Shown here one piece after another: positions 19,356 through 30,524 of a DNA stretch of 64,000 nt. This stretch comes from an uncultured Acidobacteriota bacterium (GTDB lineage: Bacteria > Acidobacteriota > Thermoanaerobaculia > Gp7-AA8), in NCBI GenBank assembly GCA_963741955.1, contig CAVUKB010000005.1, positions 736,001-800,000 on the forward strand. The letters are read 5' to 3'. A program made the translations under genes and the position numbers. Positions within the stretch are counted from its first letter, which is position 1; each line of letters begins with the position of its first letter. The notes beneath the pieces were generated by a model. That model worked only from the letters and a program-made list of their open reading frames with translations. It did not search any database and was not told where the DNA came from.

Positions 19356-20300
19356 ATGACCTCCCGGCTCAGTGAGATCTGGACCGATCTGCAGACACTC
19401 GCAGAGGACGAGGGTGCGCTCTTCATCGGTGCGACCGGCTTCCCGGCTGGAGACAACGAGCCATTCGAGCGCTGGCTGGATCGAGGCTTCGAAGCCGGGA
19501 TGCATTACCTGCGGCGACATGCGGTGATCCGGAGAAATCCCGCCGAACGGTTCCCGTGGGCGCGATCGGTCGTCGTGCTGACGTTCCCTTACTCTCCGGA
19601 TCGGCCGGCGGCCGGCGACACCATCGATACGCGCATCGCGCGTTACGCACAGGGTGACGACTACCACCAGGTGCTCGACCTTCTCCTCCGCAAAGTGGAG
19701 TCGAAGATCACCGAGAGGGTACCGGACGCGAAGAGCTGGAGATACGTGGACACCGGTCCCCTGTCCGATCGCGCCGCAGCAACCGCCGCGGGAGCGGGGT
19801 GGATCGGAAAGAACGCGATGCTGATTCACGAGAAGTACGGTTCGTACTTTTTCATCGCCACGCTTCTGACCTCTCTGGAGAACGACATCGAGCCTGATCG
19901 TGTCGCAGACCGTTGCGGGCGCTGCACCCGATGCATCGACGCCTGTCCCACCGAAGCGATCGTTCCGGATCGGATGATCGATTCGAACCGCTGCATCAGT
20001 TACCTGACGATCGAGCATCGGGGTGCGATCGCCCCGGCGCTCGCGACGCAGCGGGAGGGAAATCTCTTCGGATGCGACATCTGCCAGGAGGTCTGCCCCT
20101 GGAACTCGGATGCGCCGCCGGGGCTGTCCGCATTCGAGACCCGGGAGACGTACCGCGCGACTCCTGTGTCGGATCTCCTTCGCCTCGAGCAGGAGGCGTT
20201 CTCGACGCTCTTCCGCAGAAGCGCAGTCAAGCGGGCCAGACGTGACGGAATCATGCGGAATGCGGCACTCATCGCCACCGGAAGTCCGGAATACCCCTGA
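19356..20300 (+). CDS. queG: tRNA epoxyqueuosine(34) reductase
   Basis: IARYAQGDDYH, VDTGP, GWIGKN, CGRCTRCIDACPT, CISYLTIE, GCDICQEVCPWN. Confidence 0.93.
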   Translation: MTSRLSEIWTDLQTLAEDEGALFIGATGFPAGDNEPFERWLDRGFEAGMHYLRRHAVIRRNPAERFPWARSVVVLTFPYSPDRPAAGDTIDTRIARYAQGDDYHQVLDLLLRKVESKITERVPDAKSWRYVDTGPLSDRAAATAAGAGWIGKNAMLIHEKYGSYFFIATLLTSLENDIEPDRVADRCGRCTRCIDACPTEAIVPDRMIDSNRCISYLTIEHRGAIAPALATQREGNLFGCDICQEVCPWNSDAPPGLSAFETRETYRATPVSDLLRLEQEAFSTLFRRSAVKRARRDGIMRNAALIATGSPEYP

Positions 20301-20399
20301 CGTTGTAGTTCTCCCCACAGCCTCCTGTGACCCGAGTCACGGCTCGGTTGCCCGTCGCACTGGAGAATCAATCCAGTTTCGTGCGGCGGAGGAGTTTCC

Positions 20400-21317
20400 A
20401 TGTACAAGATCGTCGACGCCCGTTTCCTTGGACCGGGCGTGAAGCAGTTCGAGATCGTCGCGCCTCGCATCGCGAAGAAGCAGCAGGCGGGGCAGTTCGT
20501 CATCGTGCGTCTCTACGAGAACGGAGAGCGCATTCCTCTCACCATCAAGGGGTCGGACCTCGAGAAGGGAACGATCTTCCTGGTGGTCCAGTCGATCGGA
20601 AAGACGACGAACCTGATGAATTCACTCCAGACGGGTGACTCCATCCTCGACGTCGTCGGACCGCTCGGAAAGCCTTCCGATATCGAGAACTTCGGACGGG
20701 TGGTGGTCATCGGCGGCGGTGTCGGAACCGCGATCGCTCTCCCGACCGCACGCGCGCTTCGCGATGCGGGCAACCACGTCGTCTCGATTCTCGGCGCACG
20801 CACGAAGGAACTCCTCATCCTCGAAGACGAAGTCCGCGCGGTGAGCAGCGAGACCTGGATCATGACCGACGACGGCAGCTACGGCGAACAGGGTCTGGTC
20901 ACGAAGAAGCTCGAACAGCTGATCAACAACGCCCATCCGGTCGACCTGGTCCTCGCGATCGGACCGGTACCGATGATGAAAGCGGTCGCCGATACCACCC
21001 GGGAGGCGGGAATCCGGACCATCGTCAGCCTCAACTCGATCATGGTGGATGGAACCGGGATGTGCGGCGGATGCCGCGTGATCGTCGACGGCAAGAGCGA
21101 GTTCGCCTGTGTCGACGGCCCCGAGTTCGATGCACACCGCGTCGACTTCAAAGTGCTCTCGCAACGCAATGCGATGTACCGGGAGCAGGAACAGCGATCC
21201 CTGGCCTGGTTCCACGAGCACCAGGGCGAAGAGGTCGAAAAAGTCCGAAGCGAATGCCATCGCGAGCAGGCAGCCGAAGAGCTGTCCGCTCTGGGGGAGC
21301 ACGTAACCTATGCCTAA
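20400..21317 (+). CDS. nfnA: FAD/NAD-binding [2Fe-2S] subunit (NfnA/SudB-type)
   Basis: GQFVIVR..GERIPLTI, GPLG, GGGVG, MVDGTGMCGGCR, ACVDGPEFD; overlaps the following large subunit. Confidence 0.85.
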   Translation: MYKIVDARFLGPGVKQFEIVAPRIAKKQQAGQFVIVRLYENGERIPLTIKGSDLEKGTIFLVVQSIGKTTNLMNSLQTGDSILDVVGPLGKPSDIENFGRVVVIGGGVGTAIALPTARALRDAGNHVVSILGARTKELLILEDEVRAVSSETWIMTDDGSYGEQGLVTKKLEQLINNAHPVDLVLAIGPVPMMKAVADTTREAGIRTIVSLNSIMVDGTGMCGGCRVIVDGKSEFACVDGPEFDAHRVDFKVLSQRNAMYREQEQRSLAWFHEHQGEEVEKVRSECHREQAAEELSALGEHVTYA

Positions 21318-22764
21318 CACCGTCCCGAACAAAGAGCGGATGAAGATGCCCCGGCAGCACATGCCGGAGGCCGACCCCGGAATCCGGGCGCACAACTTCG
21401 AGGAAGTGAACCTCGGGTACACTCCGGACCTCGCCAACGTCGAAGCGATCCGTTGCCTCGCCTGCGCGAAACCGACCTGCATCAAGGGATGCCCGGTGGC
21501 GGTCGACGTGAAGGAGTTCGTCCGTCTGATCATCGAAGGTGATTACCTCGGTGCTGCGGCGAAGATCCGCGAGGACAACGCTCTTCCCGCGATCACCGGC
21601 CGGGTCTGTCCGCAGGAAGAACAATGCGAGGGCGACTGCCTGATGTCGAAGAAAGTCGATCCCCTCGCGATCGGCTACCTCGAGCGCTTCGTCGCCGATT
21701 ACGAGCGACGCACCGGAAAGATCGGGATGCCCGCGATCGCTCCTCCCACAGGGAAAAAGGTGGCCATCGTCGGGAGTGGACCGGCGGGGCTGAGCGCCGC
21801 GGGAGACCTGATCCAGAAGGGACACGAGGTCCGGGTGTTCGAGGCACTCCACGAGCTTGGAGGCGTCCTGATCTACGGGATTCCCGAGTTCCGGCTGCCG
21901 AAGGACATCGTCCGCCAGGAAGTGGACGTCCTCCGGAAGATGGGAGTGGTGTTCGAGACGAACGTGGTGGTCGGCAAGACCGTCACCATCGACGAGCTTT
22001 TCAACGAGGAAGGCTACAGCGCGATCTTCGTGGCCACGGGGGCAGGTCTTCCGCAGTTCCTCAACGTCCCGGGCGAGCACCTGAACGGGGTCTACTCGGC
22101 GAACGAGTTCCTCACCCGGGTCAACCTGATGCGCGCATACCGCTTCCCCGAATTCGACGAACCGGTCTACGACTGCAAGGGGAAGGACGTGATCGTGGTC
22201 GGCGGCGGCAACACCGCGATGGATGCGGTGCGCTCGTCACTGCGGCTCGGCGCCAACTCGGCGACCCTGGTTTACCGCCGCAGCGAGACCGAGATGCCGG
22301 CTCGAATCGAAGAGGTCAAGCACGCCAAGGAAGAGGGTGTCGCATTCCGGACTCTCTCCAACCCGGTGGAGTTCATCGGAGACGAGAAGGGATGGCTCCA
22401 GGCGGTGCGCTGCATCGAGATGGAGCTCGGCGAGCCGGACGCCTCTGGTCGCCGCCGCCCGGTGCCGAAGCCCGGCTCGGAGTTCACTCTCCCGGTCTCG
22501 ATGGCGATCATCGCTGCCGGAACGAGCGCGAACCCGCTGGTGCAGTCGACCACGCCCGACCTCGCCACAAACAAGTGGAACTACATCGTCGCCGACGAGG
22601 AATCCATGCGGACCTCGAAGGAGGGCGTCTTCGCCGGCGGAGACATCGTCACCGGCGGCGCGACGGTCATCCTCGCAATGGGCGCCGGACGGAAGGCTGC
22701 GAAGTCCATCCACCAGTACCTCGAGAGCGGCGTGTGGGACGTGGAGCCGAAAACCGAGGCCTGA
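21310..22764 (+). CDS. nfnB: NfnB/SudA-type flavoprotein (often annotated NADPH-dependent glutamate synthase)
   Basis: NFEEVNLGY, RCLAC..C..GCP, GRVCPQEEQCE, GSGPAGL, YGIPEFRLP, GGGNTAMD, AGGDIVTG. Confidence 0.85.
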   Translation: MPNTVPNKERMKMPRQHMPEADPGIRAHNFEEVNLGYTPDLANVEAIRCLACAKPTCIKGCPVAVDVKEFVRLIIEGDYLGAAAKIREDNALPAITGRVCPQEEQCEGDCLMSKKVDPLAIGYLERFVADYERRTGKIGMPAIAPPTGKKVAIVGSGPAGLSAAGDLIQKGHEVRVFEALHELGGVLIYGIPEFRLPKDIVRQEVDVLRKMGVVFETNVVVGKTVTIDELFNEEGYSAIFVATGAGLPQFLNVPGEHLNGVYSANEFLTRVNLMRAYRFPEFDEPVYDCKGKDVIVVGGGNTAMDAVRSSLRLGANSATLVYRRSETEMPARIEEVKHAKEEGVAFRTLSNPVEFIGDEKGWLQAVRCIEMELGEPDASGRRRPVPKPGSEFTLPVSMAIIAAGTSANPLVQSTTPDLATNKWNYIVADEESMRTSKEGVFAGGDIVTGGATVILAMGAGRKAAKSIHQYLESGVWDVEPKTEA

Positions 22765-22810
22765 ATCACATCGATGATCTCTAATCGAGCTTCGAAAATC
22801 TGATTCCATC

Positions 22811-22838
22811 GCCCGGGCTGCACGCCCGGGCTTTTTCT
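22811..22838 (+). terminator. Intrinsic terminator
   Basis: GCCCGGGC-TGCAC-GCCCGGGC stem-loop followed by a T tract after nfnB. Confidence 0.75.
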
Positions 22839-22937
22839 TGTGTCGAGAAGTCGTACCCCGGCTCGTGCCGTACGCGAAGACTTCGTTGCGGGATCTCGAT
22901 CCTTCCCCGACCCCCGACCCCCGATCCCCGATCCCCT

Positions 22938-25889
22938 CTATCTCAGCTGATTCCACTTCATGATCGAGTTGAAGATCAGCGCGTACTCTCCCTGGGTGTT
23001 CGCTCGCCACATCGGGTTGGTGGCGAAGAGGAGGACGTGACCGTTTCCGAGAGGCGAATCGATCACCACCGGCGTTCCGGCGATCTCGTCGCCCCCTTCG
23101 AGCATTCCGGAGAGCAGGAGGTCGCCGCTCTTCTTCGCGAATGAGAGGACGACGCGGGGGCGCTCCTGTTCGGACGGGAGATACGGCTTTGCCCGGTATG
23201 CGGCATCCTCCGGCAGCTGGAATCCTTCCTCGCCGGGGGCCGGCTTCGGTTTTTCCGGTGTCTCTACGAACGGACGTCCCTGCGGCACGTCGGGATCGGT
23301 TTTCGAGCCGCGCCCGCTCGGGCGCGCTTCGTTGCGGTTCCGTCCGCGGAACACACCGACCCGGAAGATGGGCGATCCGCTGAAATGAACCGGCAGCGTT
23401 GCGTCGTATCCGGATGCGATGGGGCTCTTCGGATCGGTGAACGACGCCTTCAGGATCGTCCCCCGTGCTTTCAGACCCTTCGGAGGAACCACGTCGATCC
23501 AGCGAGCCAGCCCGTACTCGACGGCCCACTCCGAGGTGTCGCGGACGGTGATCAGGAGACCGCCTCTCTCCACGAACTTCTGCAGATTCGCCACTCCCGC
23601 GATCCCCAGACCAGGGCGGATGTCGTCGGTCGAGTCGATCACTCCCAGATTCGGGGTCAGGTCACTCTTTTTCCACGGAATGGGCGGTCCCGGAGGCATC
23701 CCGTTCACGATGGTCTGCGGATCCGCTCCCCAGCCGACCGGAGGAAAGACGATCACGTCGTATCGATCGAGGAGACCGGGGTCACGTCCCACGTCCTGCG
23801 TCGAGATCTCGTCGTACGGCACGCCCATTTCGTCGAATGCGTACCGGTACCAACCTTCGTTCTGGGTCCCGATCCAGGTGTGGAGCATCGCGATCCGCGG
23901 CATCTCGAGAGGGCGGCTGGCGACATTCGGCATCGAGCCGACTGCTTCCCAATCGAGATCTAGCCTGCCGAGCTGGGAGGCGATGCGATCGCGATTCGAA
24001 TCGTCGAGCGCGACTGCGACCGTCCCCGCCGGCCAGGTGCGGGTGCGGAGCTTCAGCGGTTCCGTGGTGACCGTGAACGGCGTGTCGTGCAGCGCAAAGC
24101 GGAAGCGCGCGAGATCAGTGTCGGCGACGTTCGCGACCAGAATCGCACCACCCTTCAGCTGCGGCGCCGCGGCGCTCCGGTCTCCGCCCCACGGGTGCAT
24201 CGGGGCGTCGAGCACGGCCGGGTTGACCACCCGCTTGAACTCGAGATTCTTCGTGTAACCGAGCGTCCAACCGGTATCGTCGTAGACCTCCTCTTTTCCC
24301 AGAACGTACTGGGTGTCGAGGAGGGCGTCGGCGTAGCGGCTGTACGGCTGGTCCATCCGGACGACGTAACTTCCTGCCGGGAAGGAGACGCTCTTCGGCT
24401 TCTCGCTCTTTCCGGCATCCTTCCCGTTCTTCCCCTCGCGGTCGTCGGACTCGGACTTCGGCGACGCCGGTGGCCACTCGACGGCGACGGTGAGCGGTTT
24501 CTCGGTCTGCTGGACCTCGATCCCCTGCAACCGGAGAAGGTCGAGCAGCTCGCGCAGCTGTCCCTTCCTCTTCTGATCACCATCGAACACGTACGCTGCC
24601 GGACCTTCGGTTCTCGCCTTCGCCACCGCGCGTTTGCCGAGCGTGTATTCCAGTCGGAGGAAGTGCGTGGGATCGCTCGCCATCGTGTCGAGGGCGAGAA
24701 GGATGCCACTCTCCTGATAGTTCACGTTGTCGCGGAGTGACCAGCGAACTTTCGGCAGCGGCGGATTCGGCCGGAACCACTCCCGCTGGCTCGTCCCCCG
24801 CACCACGCGATCCTGCGTAGACGGTATGGCGTTGCCGAACGTCTCGTAGAAGCGGCCGAGCGCGTTGTGACCGAGTGCGACCCAGAACATGTAGTTCGGC
24901 GCCCATCCGTCGTAGAAGCCGTGAGTCCAGACGCCGGGAAGTCCCTTCTCCGTCAGCACCTGCACTTCGCGGTACGACATGCGCTGCCACTCATTCACGA
25001 TGAGCGGATCGAGCCACGCGTTGTAAGGCCCGGTGCCGGACGAGATGTAGAGGAACGGGATCGACTCGTGGAGATCGTGAACGACCTGTGGATGCCAGTC
25101 GTTGAAGGCCTGCAGGACGTTCCGCGACAGCGCGAGCGCCAGGCCCATCGCATCCCGATTGTTGTCGTGTCCGGCGTAGTGGCCCCAGTAGACGAGCGGA
25201 GGGAGCCCGACATCCTGGTGCTGCTGGTACCAGCGAACCGTATCGACCATCCGGTCACGGCCGTCGACTTCGAGTACCGGCGTGATCAGAGTAATCATGT
25301 TCTTCCGGATGTTCCGGATCATCGGCGAGTCGTCGACCGCGAGACGGTAGACGAGCTCCATCAGCATCTCGGGGCTCCCGGTCTCCGGCGAATGCATCGC
25401 GCCGGTGACGTAGTAGATCGGTTTTCCTTCCCGGATCAGCGCGTCCGCCGCCTGATCCGTCAGTTTCCGCGGATCTGCGAGCCGGCGGGTGATGTCCCTG
25501 TAGCGGTCGAGATTTGCGATGGTCTCCTCGTCGGCGACTGCGACGAGAATCATCTCGCGCCCTTCTTCCGTCTTCCCGATCGGAAAGATCTTCACCCGCG
25601 GCGAGGCTGCCTCGACCGCGCGCAAGTAGCGGTAGACGTCTTCCGCATACGTAAGGTGATCGGGATCGCCAATCGCGTAACCGAGGATCTTTTCGGGAGT
25701 GGGAACACGATCGGACGCCGGAAGATGATCGACGAGATCGGTCATGAACTCCGGTCCGGTGGTGAAGTCGCGAATCTTCTGCGAATACTCCTGATCCCAC
25801 TCCGGATGCTTGTCGATCGGCTCGGCAGCGAACAGAACCACCGGCGCGAGAAAGGCGAGAATGCAGCTGAAGGAAAGCAGACGCTTCAT
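22938..25889 (-). CDS. Secreted M14-family zinc carboxypeptidase with a C-terminal GATase-like domain
   Basis: Signal peptide; GKTEEGR, HSPETGS (HxxE), DNNRD, HDLHES. Confidence 0.85.
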   Translation of the reverse strand: MKRLLSFSCILAFLAPVVLFAAEPIDKHPEWDQEYSQKIRDFTTGPEFMTDLVDHLPASDRVPTPEKILGYAIGDPDHLTYAEDVYRYLRAVEAASPRVKIFPIGKTEEGREMILVAVADEETIANLDRYRDITRRLADPRKLTDQAADALIREGKPIYYVTGAMHSPETGSPEMLMELVYRLAVDDSPMIRNIRKNMITLITPVLEVDGRDRMVDTVRWYQQHQDVGLPPLVYWGHYAGHDNNRDAMGLALALSRNVLQAFNDWHPQVVHDLHESIPFLYISSGTGPYNAWLDPLIVNEWQRMSYREVQVLTEKGLPGVWTHGFYDGWAPNYMFWVALGHNALGRFYETFGNAIPSTQDRVVRGTSQREWFRPNPPLPKVRWSLRDNVNYQESGILLALDTMASDPTHFLRLEYTLGKRAVAKARTEGPAAYVFDGDQKRKGQLRELLDLLRLQGIEVQQTEKPLTVAVEWPPASPKSESDDREGKNGKDAGKSEKPKSVSFPAGSYVVRMDQPYSRYADALLDTQYVLGKEEVYDDTGWTLGYTKNLEFKRVVNPAVLDAPMHPWGGDRSAAAPQLKGGAILVANVADTDLARFRFALHDTPFTVTTEPLKLRTRTWPAGTVAVALDDSNRDRIASQLGRLDLDWEAVGSMPNVASRPLEMPRIAMLHTWIGTQNEGWYRYAFDEMGVPYDEISTQDVGRDPGLLDRYDVIVFPPVGWGADPQTIVNGMPPGPPIPWKKSDLTPNLGVIDSTDDIRPGLGIAGVANLQKFVERGGLLITVRDTSEWAVEYGLARWIDVVPPKGLKARGTILKASFTDPKSPIASGYDATLPVHFSGSPIFRVGVFRGRNRNEARPSGRGSKTDPDVPQGRPFVETPEKPKPAPGEEGFQLPEDAAYRAKPYLPSEQERPRVVLSFAKKSGDLLLSGMLEGGDEIAGTPVVIDSPLGNGHVLLFATNPMWRANTQGEYALIFNSIMKWNQLR

Positions 25890-25958
25890 GAAATCTCCCT
25901 CCGTGACGACCGCAAGCGGACGCGGCGATTCGAAGATCATACTCGATAGGCGAGCGGT

Positions 25959-26037
25959 GAGCGGCGAGCGAACGAAATTCTGTTGGCAGGCTGCGATTCA
26001 GAATTTTCTCTCGAAGATGGCGGTGCTCGAAGAATGA
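25959..26037 (+). repeat. 79-bp dispersed direct repeat, copy 1
   Basis: Aligns with 26830-26908; identical core GCAGGCTGCGATTCAGAATTTTCTC. Confidence 0.85.
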
Positions 26038-26174
26038 TCTTCTTTGCATTCGAAGGAGATGCGCGCGCGGCGGATCCTCTCCACGCCGCGACGAAGCGAT
26101 GTCTGCAGTTTCTTAATGCGCGCCTCTCGCCGCTCTCCGCTCGCAGGCCGGCCGCTGGTACAATCACAAGCATC

Positions 26175-26828
26175 ATGAAGAAGACGAAAATCGGAGTTCT
26201 GGGGAGCGGTGACGTCGGCCAGACCCTCGGCGGTGCGTTCGCGACGCTCGGTCACAACGTGATGATGGGATCGCGCGACCGGAAGAACGAGAAGGCACTC
26301 GGGTGGGCGAATTCCACCGGTGAGAACGCGTCGGTCGGGACTTTCGCTCAGGCGGCGGAGTTCGGTGAGCTGATCGTGCTCGCGACGCTCGGGACGGCGA
26401 CGGAAGCGATCGTCCGCGCCGCGGGAGCGGAGACGTTCGCGGGCAAAACCGTGATCGATGCGACGAACCCCCTGACGTTCTCTCCGAACGGCCCTCCGGG
26501 CCTCTCGGTGGGCTTCGACGATTCGCTCGGCGAGAGAATCCAGCGCCTCGCTCCCGAAGCTCGGGTGGTGAAGGCATTCAACACCGTCGGACATACGCTC
26601 ATGTTCCAGCCGCAGCTCCCCGGCGGTCCTCCGGACATGTTCCTCTGCGGCAACGACGAAGACGCAAAGAAAAGCGTCTCGGAGATCTGCCGCGAGTTCG
26701 GATGGGGTGTGATCGACCTCGGCGGGATCGAAGCATCCCGCTACCTCGAGCCGCTCTGCATGGCCTGGGTGCTTCACGGCATTCGCAGCGGCTCCTGGAC
26801 GCACGCATTCAAGATGCTGCACTCGTGA
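26175..26828 (+). CDS. NADP oxidoreductase, F420-dependent family
   Basis: KIGVLGSGDVG, MGSRD, IDATNP, VVKAFNT, CGND..AK, DLGGI..SR.LE; TGnTACAAT box 10 nt upstream. Confidence 0.9.
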   Translation: MKKTKIGVLGSGDVGQTLGGAFATLGHNVMMGSRDRKNEKALGWANSTGENASVGTFAQAAEFGELIVLATLGTATEAIVRAAGAETFAGKTVIDATNPLTFSPNGPPGLSVGFDDSLGERIQRLAPEARVVKAFNTVGHTLMFQPQLPGGPPDMFLCGNDEDAKKSVSEICREFGWGVIDLGGIEASRYLEPLCMAWVLHGIRSGSWTHAFKMLHS

Positions 26829-26829
26829 G

Positions 26830-26908
26830 GAGCGGCGAGCGGATAAAGTTCTGTTTGCAGGCTGCGATTCAGAATTTTCTCGCGAATATGGCTCTGGGCG
26901 GAGAATGA
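26830..26908 (+). repeat. 79-bp dispersed direct repeat, copy 2
   Basis: Aligns with 25959-26037. Confidence 0.85.
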
Positions 26909-26913
26909 ATTTC

Positions 26914-26955
26914 TCTCGTCTCTCGTCTCTCGTCTCTCGTCTCTCGTCTCTCGTC
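26914..26955 (+). repeat. (TCTCGTC)6 heptamer array
   Basis: Six perfect tandem units. Confidence 0.9.
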
Positions 26956-27060
26956 GCTCGGGTTCTGTCACGAACCTGCAAACGCCATGAGCTCGTGATC
27001 CTGCTCACACTCCACGTTCTGTTCTGGTGCGATCCTCGCTGGCGCAGAAAGGGGCGAATC

Positions 27061-27294
27061 ATGAAACTCAGGTCGTGGCTCGAACGACAGGTCACTCTTC
27101 TCGAGGAGGGAATCCGGAACTCTCCGGTGTTCGATTCGGCCGGTGATCCGGCTCCCGAAGAGTTGCACGAGCTCAAGGTGAAGGCGGTCCTCCACGGATT
27201 TCTTCACGCGCAGCTCGAAGAGCTCGAAGCGAGGAGAATCGGAACGCGACGCGAGGAAGAAGCGATGGACTCACTCCGTGAAGTGGCGGCCTGA
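27061..27294 (+). CDS. Hypothetical 77-aa helical protein
   Basis: AAAGGGG RBS-like sequence; Glu/Leu-rich helical composition; no recognised motif. Confidence 0.6.
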   Translation: MKLRSWLERQVTLLEEGIRNSPVFDSAGDPAPEELHELKVKAVLHGFLHAQLEELEARRIGTRREEEAMDSLREVAA

Positions 27295-27314
27295 CCCTCT
27301 CGTCTCTCGCCCCC

Positions 27315-28364
27315 TCAATATCCCCCTTCCGTCTCCTCCCCGCTCACCTTTCCGCGGAACGATCGATAGACGAACGTGAAATAGCCGATGGCGAGCGCGA
27401 GGCCGATCAGCCACCAGATCGCTCCGACGCGGAGGCTGTAGGCGCCGGTCTTCGCGTTGTGGACGTTCAGGCTGTACTGAGCTCCGGTGCTGGCGTGGAG
27501 GAGATCCGGATACATCGCGAACGCCGCGCCTCCGAGCATCCCCACGATGTACGCCGACGTGGCGAGGAACGTCCCTGCGTCATTGTCGCGATACCTGTAG
27601 TGCGGAATGGCGAGCAGCGCGATGCCCACCATCGCCGGGATGATCCATCCCCACGGCTGGCGGTAGTAGTTCGCGAGCATCTCCGGGCGGATGGAGAGGG
27701 TGGCCACCAGACTCCCGATCGTGAGCAGGACCACTGCGATCCAGGCCACGTTGACCACCCGCTTCGAGCGCGTGCTCACCTCTCCTTCCGTCTTCATCGC
27801 CACGTACGCCGCTCCATGCATGGTCAGCGTCGCCACCGCGACCGCTCCGGTGAGAACCGTGTACCAGTCGAGGATCCCCGCCGTGGGACCGGTGCGGAAC
27901 GTGGTCCAGAGCGGCTCGAAGAAATAGTGCGTTCCATCCAGCGGAACACCGCGTACGACGTTCCCGACCGCCACTCCGAAGAAGAGCGCCAGCATGAAGC
28001 TCGCGCTGGCGAATACGAAGTCGCACGCCGTCCACCATAGAGGGTCCTCGACGTGACTCCTCAGCTCGACGCCGATTCCGCGCAGCATCAGCAGCCAGAG
28101 CACCATCATCAGCGAGAGATAGAACCCGCTGAAGCTCGATGCATAGGCGAGAGGAAATGCGAAGAAGAGCGCGCCTCCCGCAGCGAGGAGCCACACTTCG
28201 TTTCCGTCCCAGACCGGACCGATGGTCCGGATCACCAGCCGGCGCTCTTCAGGAGTCTTCGCCACGAAGGTGACCGCGATACCAGCACCGAGGTCGAAGC
28301 CGTCCAGGAGGACATACGCGGTGATCATGAAGGCGAGAAGGACGTACCAGAGAGTCTCCATCAT
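27315..28364 (-). CDS. cydB: Cytochrome bd ubiquinol oxidase subunit II
   Basis: YVLLDGFDLGAG, IGPVWDGNEVWL, FAFP.AY. Confidence 0.95.
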   Translation of the reverse strand: MMETLWYVLLAFMITAYVLLDGFDLGAGIAVTFVAKTPEERRLVIRTIGPVWDGNEVWLLAAGGALFFAFPLAYASSFSGFYLSLMMVLWLLMLRGIGVELRSHVEDPLWWTACDFVFASASFMLALFFGVAVGNVVRGVPLDGTHYFFEPLWTTFRTGPTAGILDWYTVLTGAVAVATLTMHGAAYVAMKTEGEVSTRSKRVVNVAWIAVVLLTIGSLVATLSIRPEMLANYYRQPWGWIIPAMVGIALLAIPHYRYRDNDAGTFLATSAYIVGMLGGAAFAMYPDLLHASTGAQYSLNVHNAKTGAYSLRVGAIWWLIGLALAIGYFTFVYRSFRGKVSGEETEGGY

Positions 28365-28373
28365 CCTCCTCCT

Positions 28374-29732
<1,359 letters not shown>

Positions 29733-29845
29733 GCGAAGCTGATTTCTCCTTTCGCTCGTTGGAGGCTCGAAGGCTCGAGAAACATACTCTCTCGAGTGCG
29801 AAATCGAAACCCTTCCCGGGATGGATCGCAGCTATTGCGGATCGA

Positions 29846-30028
29846 TTAATGCTCGTCGGGCGGGGTAATCCCAGCTGCCTCTTCTTCGCGGGGCTCCTGC
29901 GGGGCACAGCGAGGACACTCGACCGGCATCTCATCGACGCGGTCGAGGAAGGTCACTCTCACGAGCATGGTGCCGGTGCCGTGGCAATCGGGACAGTCGG
30001 GATCGGGACGCTGCGGCTTTTTCTCCAT
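29846..30028 (-). CDS. Small zinc-finger protein (CxxCxGxG...CxxC)
   Basis: 60 aa containing CPDCHGTG and CPRC; start inferred at MEKKPQ. Confidence 0.6.
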   Translation of the reverse strand: MEKKPQRPDPDCPDCHGTGTMLVRVTFLDRVDEMPVECPRCAPQEPREEEAAGITPPDEH

Positions 30029-30131
30029 GAACGGAACCCCCGATTCATTCCATCGCAGAGAGAGAGGGAACAGAAGGTCAGAGGTCACACGGCCGGGTGA
30101 CTCGGGGAGCCACTCTCGAGCCCGTACCCAG

Positions 30132-30311
30132 CCCGGACTATTTCACGGGACTTCTGCTGCGGAGCGCGATCCGGGCCTGTCTGCGGCGTCAGACGACGAT
30201 CTTGCTCCTCAACGTAGTGCAGCCACTACGCCTCGTCGCAAAATCGCCATCTTCCTTGCATCCAAAGCCCGCCTCGCACTCCTCGCGACGAAATCCCGTG
30301 AATAGTTCGGG
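30132..30311 (-). mobile_element. ~180-bp hairpin MITE/REP-like element, family B (divergent copy)
   Basis: Terminal inverted repeats CCCGGACTATTTCACGGGA / TCCCGTGAATAGTTCGGG; the minus strand shares CGTCGCGAGGAG, TGGATGCAAGG, GCAGACAGGCC and CTCCGCAGCAGA with 45845-46021. Confidence 0.72.
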
Positions 30312-30336
30312 CTCGAGGCTCGGGCTCGATTCTGCG

Positions 30337-30509
30337 TGTCTTTCAGATCCTCGATCCTCGATCCTCGATGTCTTTCAGATCCTCGATCCTCGATCCTCGA
30401 TGTCTTTCAGATCCTCGATCCTCGATGTCTTTCTGATCCTCGATGTCTTTCAGATCCTCGATCCTCGATCCTAGATCTTCGATGCCTTCGATGCCTTCGA
30501 TGCCTTCGA
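30337..30509 (+). repeat. Higher-order tandem array (TCCTCGA)n / TGTCTTTCAGA, ending in (TGCCTTCGA)3
   Basis: Directly visible; same architecture as 14869-15067. Confidence 0.95.
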
Positions 30510-30524
30510 TGCATAATGTCGGCG

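Noticed and set aside
21310-22764. Glutamate synthase call
   Set aside because: No gltB large subunit is adjacent; pairing with the [2Fe-2S] FAD subunit favours NfnAB.
27061-27294. cydX/cydS candidate
   Set aside because: Opposite strand to cydAB and hydrophilic, with no TM helix.
30336-30524. SSILDPR-repeat N-terminal extension on LarC
   Set aside because: It is a translation of the heptamer array; the family start is MRTLYFDC at 30525.
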